From: an uncultured Chloroflexia bacterium
GTDB taxonomy: Bacteria > Chloroflexota > Anaerolineae > CG2-30-64-16
Assembly (NCBI GenBank): GCA_963810095.1
Contig: CAWEMM010000002.1
Location: forward strand, 64,001-128,000
DNA: 64,000 nt
Direction of reading: 5' to 3'
Part shown: positions 22,471-32,199 of the stretch, piece after piece
Layout of the letters: each line of letters begins with the position of its first letter
Numbering within the stretch: the first letter of the stretch is position 1
Notes under the pieces: model-generated
Database searches by the model: none
Told to the model about the DNA's origin: nothing
Seen by the model: the letters and a program-made list of their open reading frames with translations, nothing else
Made by a program: the position numbers and the translations under genes

Positions 22471-24117
22471 ATGCGACTTGGGTTGCTCCTCGAGGCGGTG
22501 CCGGGCATCCTGTCGGCGCCGCCTGACCTCGACATCGAGATTGCTTCGATCACTTCCGATTCGCGCCAGGTTACCCCTGGCGCTCTGTTTGTTGCGTACG
22601 CGGGCGTAGGTGCGGACGGGCACCGCTATATCGGCGACGCGCTGGCCCGCGGCGCGGCCGCCATTGTGGGTGAGCAAACGGCGGCGGACTTGCTCCCCGG
22701 GCTGGCCGTTCCGTATGTCAGGGTTGCGGATGGCCGGTCTGCCCTGGCCTGGCTGCATGCCGGGTGGTACGGTCACCCGAGCCGCAGCATGGTTGTGATC
22801 GGTGTGACCGGGACCGACGGCAAGACCACGACCTGCAATCTCCTCTTCAGCATCCTGAAGGCGGCGGGGCTTCGGGCCAGCATGATCAGCACGGTCAACG
22901 CGGTCATTGGCGACACGGCTTACGACACGGGCTTGCACACGACCACGCCCGACGCCGCCGACGTTCAGCGATATCTCGCCCAAATGCGAGATGCGCGAAC
23001 CGAGGTCGCCGTGCTCGAAACCACTTCCCACGGGCTGGCGCAACACCGCGTCACCGGGGTCGACTACGATGTGGCGGTCGTCACGAACATCACCCACGAG
23101 CACCTTGACTTTCACGGCAGTTACGAGGCCTACCGGGATGCGAAGGCGATGCTCTTCCGGTCGTTGCTGGCTGCGGGCCGCGATACGAAAGCAATGTCAT
23201 TTGGGAAACCGGGTTTCTTGAGCGCGAACCCAAAGACCGCGGTCCTTAACCTGGACGACAGCTCGTTCGCATACCTGGCGCAGATTCCCGCGCCGCGCAC
23301 CGTGGTCTACAGCGCAGGGGCCTCGGGTCCTGACCTTCCGCACGGAGTCACGGCGCTGCGGGCGAGCGGCGCGCGGCAGGGTCCCGCTGGCATGTCGTTC
23401 GACGTGGAGGTGACAGAGAACACGAGGGTGGCCGCGGCCTTCCACCTCAGCACTCCTCTCGTCGGGCGCTTCAACGTGTCGAATGTGCTCGCCGCGGCCG
23501 GCGCCGCCGTCGCGCTCGGGCTGCCGGCGGAGCACATCGTCGCAGGCGTGGCGGGCCTCAAGGGCATTCCGGGCCGGATGGAACGGATCGACCGTGGCCA
23601 GCCGTTTACCGCGGTCGTCGACTTCGCCCACACACCGAATGCCCTGGCGCAGGCCCTGGCAGCGGCGCGGGACGGCGTCGAAATGGGCGGGCGAGTGATC
23701 GTCGTCTTCGGCAGCGCGGGGCTGCGTGACCGCGAGAAACGCCGCCTCATGGGCGAGGTTGCGGCGAAGCACGCCGACTATACGGTGATTACCGCGGAGG
23801 ATCCCCGCACTGAAGACCTCGCCGCGATCCTGGCCGAAACCGCGGGCGCTATGACGCAGGCTGGCCGGGTGGAAGGGGTTGACTTCGAGCGTGTGCCCGA
23901 CCGTCAGACCGCTATTCTGGCGGGGGTGCGCAACGCGCGGGCCGGCGACATCGTACTGGTGTGTGGCAAGGGCCACGAGCAGTCAATGTGCTTTGGGGTG
24001 GTCGAGCATCCGTGGCGTGACCAGGCCGCGTTGGCGTGGGCGCTCGACAAGCTGCTGGGCAGGGGACCGGCCGAGCCACCCTTCGTCCTGCCGACGTGGC
24101 CCGGCGCACGCGCCTGA
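22471..24117 (+). CDS. murE: UDP-MurNAc-L-Ala-D-Glu:diamino acid ligase
   Basis: DSRQV, GVTGTDGKTTT, TTPD, ETTSHGL, TNITHEHLDFHG, DFAHTP, EDPR, GKGHE. Confidence 0.93.
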   Translation: MRLGLLLEAVPGILSAPPDLDIEIASITSDSRQVTPGALFVAYAGVGADGHRYIGDALARGAAAIVGEQTAADLLPGLAVPYVRVADGRSALAWLHAGWYGHPSRSMVVIGVTGTDGKTTTCNLLFSILKAAGLRASMISTVNAVIGDTAYDTGLHTTTPDAADVQRYLAQMRDARTEVAVLETTSHGLAQHRVTGVDYDVAVVTNITHEHLDFHGSYEAYRDAKAMLFRSLLAAGRDTKAMSFGKPGFLSANPKTAVLNLDDSSFAYLAQIPAPRTVVYSAGASGPDLPHGVTALRASGARQGPAGMSFDVEVTENTRVAAAFHLSTPLVGRFNVSNVLAAAGAAVALGLPAEHIVAGVAGLKGIPGRMERIDRGQPFTAVVDFAHTPNALAQALAAARDGVEMGGRVIVVFGSAGLRDREKRRLMGEVAAKHADYTVITAEDPRTEDLAAILAETAGAMTQAGRVEGVDFERVPDRQTAILAGVRNARAGDIVLVCGKGHEQSMCFGVVEHPWRDQAALAWALDKLLGRGPAEPPFVLPTWPGARA

Positions 24118-24576
24118 GTCCGAAGACGGTCGTCCCTTGTGCGCGGTTTTGCGCATAGGGGCACAAAGATTAGAATGCTTGGGCGGGCGCGCACTCAGCT
24201 CGCCGCCGGCTGCCATTCATTGCGGTTGCATCGATGGGTGGGGAGAGTGATCTCCTAAGGATTTACCGAACGGTTTATGGGACCAAAAACGAAACCTGGT
24301 AGTACCAGCGGTGCTGATGACGGTATCAGTCTGAGCGTCAGCACCTCGAAGCACCGGCAGACGGCCTGCCGCCGGCCCCTCGCAGTGATGCCGCCCCGGG
24401 TTTAGCGACCCCGCCGGGCCATCCCTGTGTGGCCACCGGCGTCTCCAGTACCTTCCTGCTGCAAAATCAAGCCGACACTTTATCCGGACGTCGCGGTTCC
24501 ACGCGTCGCCGGGTTGTCCGCGTTCCCCTGCGCGGTGCACCGGCGCCGAGCGCCGACTCTGGGGCGGGAGGAGTCG

Positions 24577-25507
24577 ATGATCACATTCTACAAGACCGGC
24601 GAGCAAGGTATCGAGGTCCTGGACGAAATCACTAAGGGCTGCTGGATCAACGTGGTGGACCCCAGCCCCGAGGAACTTGCCGCGGCTGCGCGAGCTGTCC
24701 GTGCCGCCCGAATTCACCACTTACCCGCTGGACCTGGACGAACGGCCGCGCGTCGAGCGCGAGGACGCGGACACGATGATCCTGCTGCGCGTCCCCTATT
24801 ATGACGGCGCAAGCGAGGATGCTCCGTTCACCACCATCCCCCTCGGCATCGTGCTTAACGGGCAATGGATCATGACCGTGTGCCGCCATGATCACGATTT
24901 GCTCCGCGAGATGGCGGCCGGCAAAATGCGCGGGCTGTCTACGGCGAAGCGAAACCGCTTCATCCTCCACGTGCTGCTGGCGGCGGCCGGCAAATATCTG
25001 CTCTACCTGCGGGAAATCAACCGGACGGTCGAGGGGATTGAAGATCAGCTGCAGATGTCGATGCAGAACCGCGAGCTGCTGGCGCTCCTGCGTTACCAGA
25101 AGAGCCTGGTCTACTTCACCACCGCGCTCAAGGCGAACGAGTTGATGATGGAGCGGCTGCACCGCTCGGGCTTCTTCCGCACGTATCCCGACGACGAGGA
25201 CTTGCTGGAGGATGTCATCACCGAGAACCAGCAGGCAATCGAGATGACCAACATCGCGAGCAACATTCTCACGACCATGATGGACACGTTCGCGTCGATC
25301 ATCAACAATAACATGAACGTCGTGATGAAGTTCCTGGCCGCAACCACCATCGTGATCGCGCTGCCCACGCTGATTGCCAGCCTGTATGGCATGAACGTCC
25401 GGCTGCCGTTCCAGGATCATGCGCTGGCATTTGTCTTCGTGGTGGCCGCAGCCATCGGCATTGCGCTTGTCGTCATACGGATTTTTGCGAAGCGCAACTG
25501 GTTCTGA
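24577..25507 (+). CDS. corA: CorA-family Mg2+/Co2+ transporter (frameshift near 24675)
   Basis: GGAGGAG RBS, ATG 24577 (MITFYK..CWINVVDP); continues as LDLDERPRVE..NNMNVVMKFL..YGMNV (GMN signature). Confidence 0.9.
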
Positions 25508-25614
25508 TCTGAACGGGGACGCTGATGCAACTGGCTGAAGCGATCAGCAGCGCGGGGTGGCGTCTGGACTGGCTGGCCGAGGCCCAAGAAATCCGACCGC
25601 CGCGGGGTTGCCTG

Positions 25615-26961
25615 CTAGGCCGTCCCCAGCGCGGCGTCGAGTTGGGCGAGCCGCTGCCCGACGAGTTCCAGCCCTTGCTCGGCCACCTGCCGCACCTCGG
25701 GCCGCGGATGCGCCAGGTGGGCCCGGTAGGCCTCCCCCGCCTGTTCGGTCGCGGCGCGCCACGCCTTCAAAGTGGCACGATCGGCCAACTGCCAATCATC
25801 GCCGGCTTGCAGGCTGGCCTGCAGCGACGCGGTCAGGCCCAGGAGCCGCTGTCGCTGCGCGAGGGGGTCGAGCGCGCCGCCCGCCCGCACCCGTGCGGGA
25901 ACGGTGAAGATCACGCCATCCGCCGCGTTTGTGAACAGCACCGGCGCGGCCCAACTTCGGTCGCCCGGGTGCAGCACCGACAGCATGCTTCGCGCATATG
26001 CGACGGCGACGTCGACCTGTCCGGCCTCGTCGCCCACGCACAGCCGCTTGTAAAACTCCCGGGCGAACGTTGCGGCGGCCTTGTCCGTGATGGGAAACTG
26101 CATCGCGATGACGGCCGGGATGCCGGCCGCGACCAGCTGGGGGGCCAGCCCGGCGAAGGCCCGGCCGTCGTCCGTCTGCCCACTGTCACATGCGTTCAAC
26201 ACCGCCAAGCGAATGGAGCGGTAGTTGTTAACCAGCCGTGCCAGGGCCTCGCCGTCCAGCCAGTCGGCGCCGCCGTCCGGCTCATTCAGGCCCAGCAGCC
26301 CTCTGCCCTCGACGAAGCCGCCGTGGCCGCCAAAGTGCAGGATGCGATAGTCGCCCAGCAGTAGCGCGTCGGCCAGGTCCGAACGGGTCACCCCGCCCTC
26401 GAGCACTCGCACCCGCAGCGCGCCTTCAGTTGCCGCGGCCACGGCCTCCACGTTGCTTCTTTCGCGGGCGAGGTCGAGGTCGGCGGCGGTGGGCAAGACG
26501 AGGAGCAGCTCGATGGGGAGCTCGGTGCCAGGGTCTGCCGGTGCGCCGAAACGATCCGTCTGGTCGTAGCACCGCACGAGGGGGGTGGCCGCCGAAGTTG
26601 CGAAGGTGCGGCCGGCCTCTGAGTCGTGCAATAGCTCCCACGGCCAGGCGGCCAGTTCTGGCGGCTCCACCGCCAGCCGCAAGCGCAGTCCTTCACCGGC
26701 CTGCTGCGTCCGGTCGAGGGCCAAGCGCAGCTGGGTGCGGATGGAGGGGGGAAAGGCCCATTCGAACAGCAGCGCGCCCGCTTTCGTGAGGGCTTCTGCC
26801 GCGGCCTTTCGCCCCGCGGCTCGGGCGAGCGCCGCCGTCAGCCCAACGGGCGGAGGCGGCAGCGCGGCGCTGGCCCGGCCGAGGCCCGTCGCAAGTGCGG
26901 TCGCAGTGAAGCCCCCGGCCCCCCTGTCACCGATTGTCAGGGTGAAATCGGCGAAGCGCAC
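25615..26961 (-). CDS. Stand-alone CHAT-domain (caspase-like) protein
   Basis: LRLRL..LAAWPWELL, ILHFGGHG (catalytic His), VLNACDSG (catalytic Cys), PAVIAMQFPI, WAAPVLF. Confidence 0.88.
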   Translation of the reverse strand: MRFADFTLTIGDRGAGGFTATALATGLGRASAALPPPPVGLTAALARAAGRKAAAEALTKAGALLFEWAFPPSIRTQLRLALDRTQQAGEGLRLRLAVEPPELAAWPWELLHDSEAGRTFATSAATPLVRCYDQTDRFGAPADPGTELPIELLLVLPTAADLDLARERSNVEAVAAATEGALRVRVLEGGVTRSDLADALLLGDYRILHFGGHGGFVEGRGLLGLNEPDGGADWLDGEALARLVNNYRSIRLAVLNACDSGQTDDGRAFAGLAPQLVAAGIPAVIAMQFPITDKAAATFAREFYKRLCVGDEAGQVDVAVAYARSMLSVLHPGDRSWAAPVLFTNAADGVIFTVPARVRAGGALDPLAQRQRLLGLTASLQASLQAGDDWQLADRATLKAWRAATEQAGEAYRAHLAHPRPEVRQVAEQGLELVGQRLAQLDAALGTA

Positions 26962-26964
26962 GCC

Positions 26965-27444
26965 TCACTCCCCCTTTCGGACCATGACCATGCCTCGTTG
27001 TTCCAGGCCGAACACCCGCCCCACCGCCTGGACCCCATTGATGAGCCGCACCATCCGGCGGAAGTACGGCGGGGCGCCGTGCGGGTCGGTCAGACGACAG
27101 AAGCCGAACCGTTCGTAGAACTTTTCGTTGTGCGAGCGGCACGTCAGGTAGAGCGGACCTGCGCTTGCGCTCGCATTCGTTTTCAGTAATGCCTCGACGA
27201 TCGCCGTGGCGATACCTTCACCCCGGCGGTCGGGCACGGTCGCGATGGAGGCAAGCTCCCGGCTGCGGTCGCCGTGCACCTTGATTTGCCCGATGCCCAC
27301 GATCCGCCGGCCCTCGGGCAAACCGTCTTCGGCAACGATGAACCGCCCCCACTCGATGCCGAGGGGATTCAGCCCCTCCGCCCGCACCAGTCGTTTGATG
27401 GCGGACGCATCTTGCTCGGTCGCCCAGCGCAGTGCGAACGGCAT
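26965..27444 (-). CDS. GNAT-family N-acetyltransferase (ArgA-like)
   Basis: RELASIATVPDRRGEGIA (acetyl-CoA motif A), FYERFGF. Confidence 0.88.
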   Translation of the reverse strand: MPFALRWATEQDASAIKRLVRAEGLNPLGIEWGRFIVAEDGLPEGRRIVGIGQIKVHGDRSRELASIATVPDRRGEGIATAIVEALLKTNASASAGPLYLTCRSHNEKFYERFGFCRLTDPHGAPPYFRRMVRLINGVQAVGRVFGLEQRGMVMVRKGE

Positions 27445-27450
27445 GGCGGC

Positions 27451-28230
27451 CTACGCGACCAACTCGTAGCCGCCATCCATGATGATGGTCTGGCCCATGA
27501 TCATGCGGGCGTCGTCGGTGCACAGCCATGCCACCAGCTTCGCCACTTCCTCGGGGGTGACAAAGCGCCCCGCAGGGGTGCGCCGTAACCCTTCGGAAAG
27601 GATGGCCTGCTTGCTCGGGAAGAAGTCCAACGCTTCGGTCTCGACTACGCCGGGACTGACCGTATTGCAGCTGATCCCCAACGGGGCATACTCGACCGCG
27701 AGATAGCGGATCAGGGCTTCGATCGCTGCTTTGCTCACGCCCACCACGCTGTACTCGGGCAGGACGCGGCGGGAACCGAAGCTGCTGATGCCGATCACCC
27801 GACCCCAGCGCTGCTTGGTCATGTACCGCGCCGCAGCCTGAGCGCCGAAGAGGATCGAGCGGGCGTTGATGTTCAGCGTCCACTCCCAGCCCTTGAGTTC
27901 TTGCTCCGCCACCGGCTTGAGAACGCCCGAAGCCGCATTGCCCACGAAGATGTCGACGGAGCCGAATGCCTCTGCCGCCGTTTCGACCAGACGCTGCACT
28001 CCTTCCACCTCGCCCACGTGGGCCTTGACCACGATGGCCCGGGCGCCGCGCGCCTCGACCTCCGCGGCGGTTTCTTCGGCATGCACCCTGTGCCGGAAGT
28101 AGTTCACCGCGATATTCACCCCGTGTCCCGCCAACTCCAGCGCAATGGCGCGGCCGATGCCGCGGCCGCTGCCCGTGATGACTGCGGCTTTGCCCCCCAG
28201 AATGTCGTAAGCGCTCGCAGGCGGTGTCAT
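27451..28230 (-). CDS. fabL: Enoyl-ACP reductase, FabL-like SDR
   Basis: [39 protein letters not shown] (Y-x6-K). Confidence 0.78.
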   Translation of the reverse strand: MTPPASAYDILGGKAAVITGSGRGIGRAIALELAGHGVNIAVNYFRHRVHAEETAAEVEARGARAIVVKAHVGEVEGVQRLVETAAEAFGSVDIFVGNAASGVLKPVAEQELKGWEWTLNINARSILFGAQAAARYMTKQRWGRVIGISSFGSRRVLPEYSVVGVSKAAIEALIRYLAVEYAPLGISCNTVSPGVVETEALDFFPSKQAILSEGLRRTPAGRFVTPEEVAKLVAWLCTDDARMIMGQTIIMDGGYELVA

Positions 28231-29054
28231 CAGCCGACGACGTCCTCGCCACCGTCGACGAAGATCACCGACCCGCTGACAAACTGCACTGCGGGGTTGC
28301 TGAACGCTGCAATGGTTGCGGCCACGTCTTCCGGTCGGGTCATGCGGCCGCCCGGGTTCCGCCGCAGCGTGGTCTCGATCATGATTTCGTTGCCCGGGAT
28401 CTTGCGCAGCGCGGGCGTGTCGGTCACACCGGCCTGGATGCAGTTCACCAGCACCCCTCGCGGCCCCAACTCCATCGCCAACTGCCGGGTATGCGCCTCT
28501 AGCGCTGCCTTGGCCGCGCCGACGGCGCCATAGTTAGGCACTACCCGGTGACTGCCCTCACTGGTCATGCTAAAGACGCGGCTGCCCCGCCGCAGCATGC
28601 CGCGCGTCACCAGGTCCTGCACCCAATAGACGAGGCTGTGCGCCATCACATTGAAGGTCATCTCCATCTGCGCCGGTTCCAGCGCAGCATCTGCCGGGCC
28701 AGGCGTGCCGTCTTCGGCCAGTGGGGGGATGAACGGCTTGAGCGTGCCGAACGCCAGCGAGTGCATGAAGACGTGAACGTACTCGTCTGGCCCCATCGCA
28801 TCCTGCAGCCCCTGCAGGATCTTGCTGCGGCGGTCGGGGTCGACCGCGTTGGTGTTGAAGAAGAGCGCCTTGACGCCTTGTGCTTCGATATCGGCGATCA
28901 CGGCTTTCGCGTTCGGCAGCGTGGCCCGCAGGTCCAGGTGGACGCCCGCAATGTTCATGCCCTGTGTGGCCAGCGCCCGGCCCGTAGCCGCGCCGAATCC
29001 GCTGGATGCACCGAGGATCAAAGCCCACCGGCCTTCGAGAGGTCGTTCAGACAT
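28230..29054 (-). CDS. Enoyl-reductase-type SDR oxidoreductase
   Basis: [22 protein letters not shown] (Y-x6-K), GVTDTPAL; stop overlaps start of the fabL-like gene. Confidence 0.85.
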   Translation of the reverse strand: MSERPLEGRWALILGASSGFGAATGRALATQGMNIAGVHLDLRATLPNAKAVIADIEAQGVKALFFNTNAVDPDRRSKILQGLQDAMGPDEYVHVFMHSLAFGTLKPFIPPLAEDGTPGPADAALEPAQMEMTFNVMAHSLVYWVQDLVTRGMLRRGSRVFSMTSEGSHRVVPNYGAVGAAKAALEAHTRQLAMELGPRGVLVNCIQAGVTDTPALRKIPGNEIMIETTLRRNPGGRMTRPEDVAATIAAFSNPAVQFVSGSVIFVDGGEDVVG

Positions 29055-29160
29055 GATGACTCCTTCGTTGGGAGGGGTAGTTTGTGACGTGTTCGTGCTG
29101 TGCGCTTAACCCGCCCGCGAGAATAAGGTCGCGTGGCTGCGCCCGGAGAAACCCGGTTTC

Positions 29161-30097
29161 TTAATTCCCCACGAGCGCGCGCAGGAAAAAGAGCATGTTT
29201 GCGGGCCGCTCGGCAAGGCGGCGCATGAAATACGGGTACCAGTGTGTTCCATAGGGCACGTAGATGCGCATCTTGTGCCCTTTAGCGACGAGGTCGGCCT
29301 GCAGCTCGCGGCGAATCCCGTACAGCATCTGGAACTCGACTTCGCCGGGCGCCAGGCCGTGCTGATAGGTGTAGGCACGCGCGAAGTTGATCACGTCTTC
29401 GTCATGCGACGCAATGGCAGCGTACGCGCCCTGCGCCCGCGCCTCAGGCGAGAAAGAGGTGCGGATCAACTCCTGCATCGACTGCGTGACCCGGCTGCGT
29501 TCCCGGTAGGCGATGGTGGCCGGCTCATCATAGGCGCCTTTGCACAGCCGGAAGTGCCCCATCCCGTCCGCGATCAGCGACTCGACGTCGGCCTGCGTCC
29601 GGTGCAGGTAGGCCTGGACGACCAGCCCCACATTCGAGTACTCCCCGCGCAGCCGCCGGTAGAGCCCGATGGTCCGCTCGGTGTACTCCGAGCCCTCCAT
29701 GTCCACCCGGACGAAGTTGTTTAGCTCTGCGGCGCGGTCGACGATGCGGCTCACATTGTCATAACAGAAATCGTCGCCGAGGTCCATGCCCATCTGCGTC
29801 AGCTTCAGCGATACGTTCGAATCTACCCCCGACTCGGCCAGCGCGTCGAGTGCAATCAGGTACTCGTCTCCGGCCGTGATCGCTTCCTCGCGGCGTCGCA
29901 ACGTTTTCCCCCAGGTGGTCCAGGGTCGCCAACATGCCCTGGCGGTTTAGCTCCCGCACCGCCTCGATCGCCTCGTCGAGCGTCTCACCCGCGACGAACC
30001 GGCGCGCCATCTTCCTGGAGACGGGAACATCGACGATCAGGTCTTGCAGGGCCTTATTTCGGGAAAGTGCGATGAGGGCGGTTCGCATGACTGGCAT
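29161..30097 (-). CDS. putB: Monofunctional proline dehydrogenase (frameshift near 29900)
   Basis: RRFVAGET, TLDHLGEN in 29759-30097; SLKLTQMG, VDME, QAYL, RLCKGAY, ASHD, EFQMLYGIR, YFMRRLAERP in 29161-29901. Confidence 0.92.
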
Positions 30098-30285
30098 AGT
30101 CGTCTCCTGGGCAGCTTCGATTCAATCGCCGCTTATTGTGCCGCGCGGTGCGAGGGTTGTCAAGCAGTTGCCTTATTTTTGGTGCTTGTGCGCTCGGGAG
30201 GCTTCGTGATAAAATTGCACGCGTATTGTAGGCAGACTCGTCCCCCGTTCTCGTCTGCCTTCTCCGCCCACTCAGGAGGTGCCTC

Positions 30286-32040
30286 ATGCAGACGTTCTTT
30301 GCCGGTTTGGCGCTCGCAGTCGTCGGCCTTGTCAGTGCGTTCTTTGGCTACCGCCTCTTCCGTATCCTCCTGCCGATCTACGGCGCGATCACAGGATTCG
30401 TCTTCGCCTGGGGGTGGTTGGGCTCCGACCAGTGGCTGTTGGCCCTGATCGTGGGTGTGGGCCTCGGACTTATCCTCGGCATCCTGGCTTACGGGATCTG
30501 GAGCGTGCTCGTCGGGGTCAGCGGCGCAATCCTGGGCTTAGCTCTTGCTGCCCTGATTTCGAGTTCACTCAGCCTGTGGACCTGGCTGGCCGTGGTCCTG
30601 GCGGTGGTTTTTGCGGTGGGGTTTGGCCTCCTGTTCGTGAAGATCAGGAACGAGATGGTGATCGTGCTGACCGCCGTCGTAGGCGCCTCCGCGGTCGCGC
30701 GGGGCATCGGCCAGTGGCTGGGTGTAAGCGGGCAGTTTGACGCGACCAACCCGGTTCCCGTGCTTCTGATCCTGGTCATGGCCGCGATCCTGGTCGCTGT
30801 CGCCATCCTGGGCATCCGGTACCAGTGGGGCCGCTACCTGAAGCTGAACCTGTACGGCAAGAAGGCCCCGGCCCAACAGGCGCAGCCTGCGCCGGCCGCC
30901 ACGCGCGCTGCCGCCGAGGTTCCGGTCGCCCAAGCGGCAGTGGTGGCGGGCGCCGCAGCCGCTGGGGTCGCAGTTGCCGAGCAGCAGCCCGCAGCGGCCG
31001 TCGAAGAGCCGGTTGTCGAGGCGCCGGTGGCCGAAGCAGCAGTCGTCGCGGGCGCAGTGGCCGCCGTGGAAGAAGAGCGAACGGAAGCACCCGCCGAGGA
31101 GCCGGCAGCCGTCATCGAAGCGCCGGTTGTCGAGGCGCCGGTGGCCAAAGCGGCAGTCGCCGCGGGCGCGGTGGCCGCCGCGGAAGAAGAGCGAGCGGAA
31201 GCACCCGCCGAGGAGCCGGCAGCCGTCATCGAAGCGCCGGTTGTCGAGGCGCCGGTGGCCAAAGCGGCAGTCGCCGCGGGCGCGGTGGCCGCCGCGGAAG
31301 AAGCGCGAGCGGAAGCACCCGCCGAGGAGCCGGCAGCGGTTATCGAAGAGCCGGTTGTCGAGGCGCCGGTGGCCGAAGCGGCAGTCGTAGCGGGCGCGGT
31401 GGCCGCGGCAGACGAGCGAACGGAAGCGCCCGCCGAGGATCCGGTTGTCGAGGCGCCGGTGGCTGAAGCCGCAGTCGAGGCTGCCGTGGTCGCTGCTGCC
31501 GCGGACAACAAATTAACAGAAACGATTCCTTCTGACGAGGCTGCGCCTGCCGCCGACGATGCCAATATGAACGTCGTGGAAGAGGTGGTCAAGCAGATCG
31601 AGGAAACTTACTCGCTCGACGATATCGCGAAGTTCAAGGAGAAACTGGAGTACGTCGAAGGCATCGGCGCAGCTTACGCCGAGAAGCTGCGGGGCGCGGG
31701 TCTCAACACGGTGCTCGACCTGCTGCAGCGCGGCGCAACCCGAAAGGGTCGGGCTGAGCTGGTCGAAGTGACCGGAATTACGGGCAAGCTCATCCTGAAG
31801 TGGGTCAACCACGCCGACCTGTACCGGATCAAGGGGGTCGGCTCAGAGTACGCCGACCTGCTCGAGGCGGCGGGCGTGGATACGGTGGTCGAGCTGGCGC
31901 ACCGCAACCCGGCCAACCTGCTTAGCGCCGTGGTCGAAACGAACAAGGTCAAGAACCTGGTTCGGAAGGAGCCGGTCGCTTCGCAGGTCGAGGATTGGGT
32001 CTCCCAGGCAAAGACGCTGCCCCGGATGATCCAGTACTAA
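30286..32040 (+). CDS. Multi-TM (DUF4203-like) + Ala/Glu/Val/Pro repeat linker + DUF4332 (HhH) protein
   Basis: About 6 N-terminal TM segments starting FFGYRLFR; C-terminal VEGIGAAYAEKL..WVNHADLYRIKGVGSEYADLLEAAGVDTV; AGGAGG RBS. Confidence 0.82.
   Translation: MQTFFAGLALAVVGLVSAFFGYRLFRILLPIYGAITGFVFAWGWLGSDQWLLALIVGVGLGLILGILAYGIWSVLVGVSGAILGLALAALISSSLSLWTWLAVVLAVVFAVGFGLLFVKIRNEMVIVLTAVVGASAVARGIGQWLGVSGQFDATNPVPVLLILVMAAILVAVAILGIRYQWGRYLKLNLYGKKAPAQQAQPAPAATRAAAEVPVAQAAVVAGAAAAGVAVAEQQPAAAVEEPVVEAPVAEAAVVAGAVAAVEEERTEAPAEEPAAVIEAPVVEAPVAKAAVAAGAVAAAEEERAEAPAEEPAAVIEAPVVEAPVAKAAVAAGAVAAAEEARAEAPAEEPAAVIEEPVVEAPVAEAAVVAGAVAAADERTEAPAEDPVVEAPVAEAAVEAAVVAAAADNKLTETIPSDEAAPAADDANMNVVEEVVKQIEETYSLDDIAKFKEKLEYVEGIGAAYAEKLRGAGLNTVLDLLQRGATRKGRAELVEVTGITGKLILKWVNHADLYRIKGVGSEYADLLEAAGVDTVVELAHRNPANLLSAVVETNKVKNLVRKEPVASQVEDWVSQAKTLPRMIQY
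30995..31475 (+). repeat. Coding tandem repeat, 114-bp (38-aa) unit, about 4 copies
   Basis: GGAAGC(A/G)CCCGCCGAGGA recurs at 31083, 31197, 31311, 31422. Confidence 0.9.
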
Positions 32041-32066
32041 GCGAAGCGCGTGATGCGAATGTCCGC

Positions 32067-32107
32067 TGTGGCGTGCCCGGCACGTTGGAAGTGCCGGGCA
32101 CGCCACA
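32067..32107. repeat. Perfect 17-bp inverted repeat between convergent genes (terminator or REP-like)
   Basis: TGTGGCGTGCCCGGCAC-gttggaa-GTGCCGGGCACGCCACA. Confidence 0.75.
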
Positions 32108-32199
32108 CAAGCTCACTGTGCGACCGGTCGAGCGCCGCGGCCGTGGCCGGCTAATTCGATAGGGACCGTCCGAGAAGCAATCGGGCGCTCCCTCTTTCA

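Noticed and set aside
30995-31475. Regular repeats as a CRISPR array
   Set aside because: In-frame 114-bp coding tandem repeats with no unique spacers and no cas genes.
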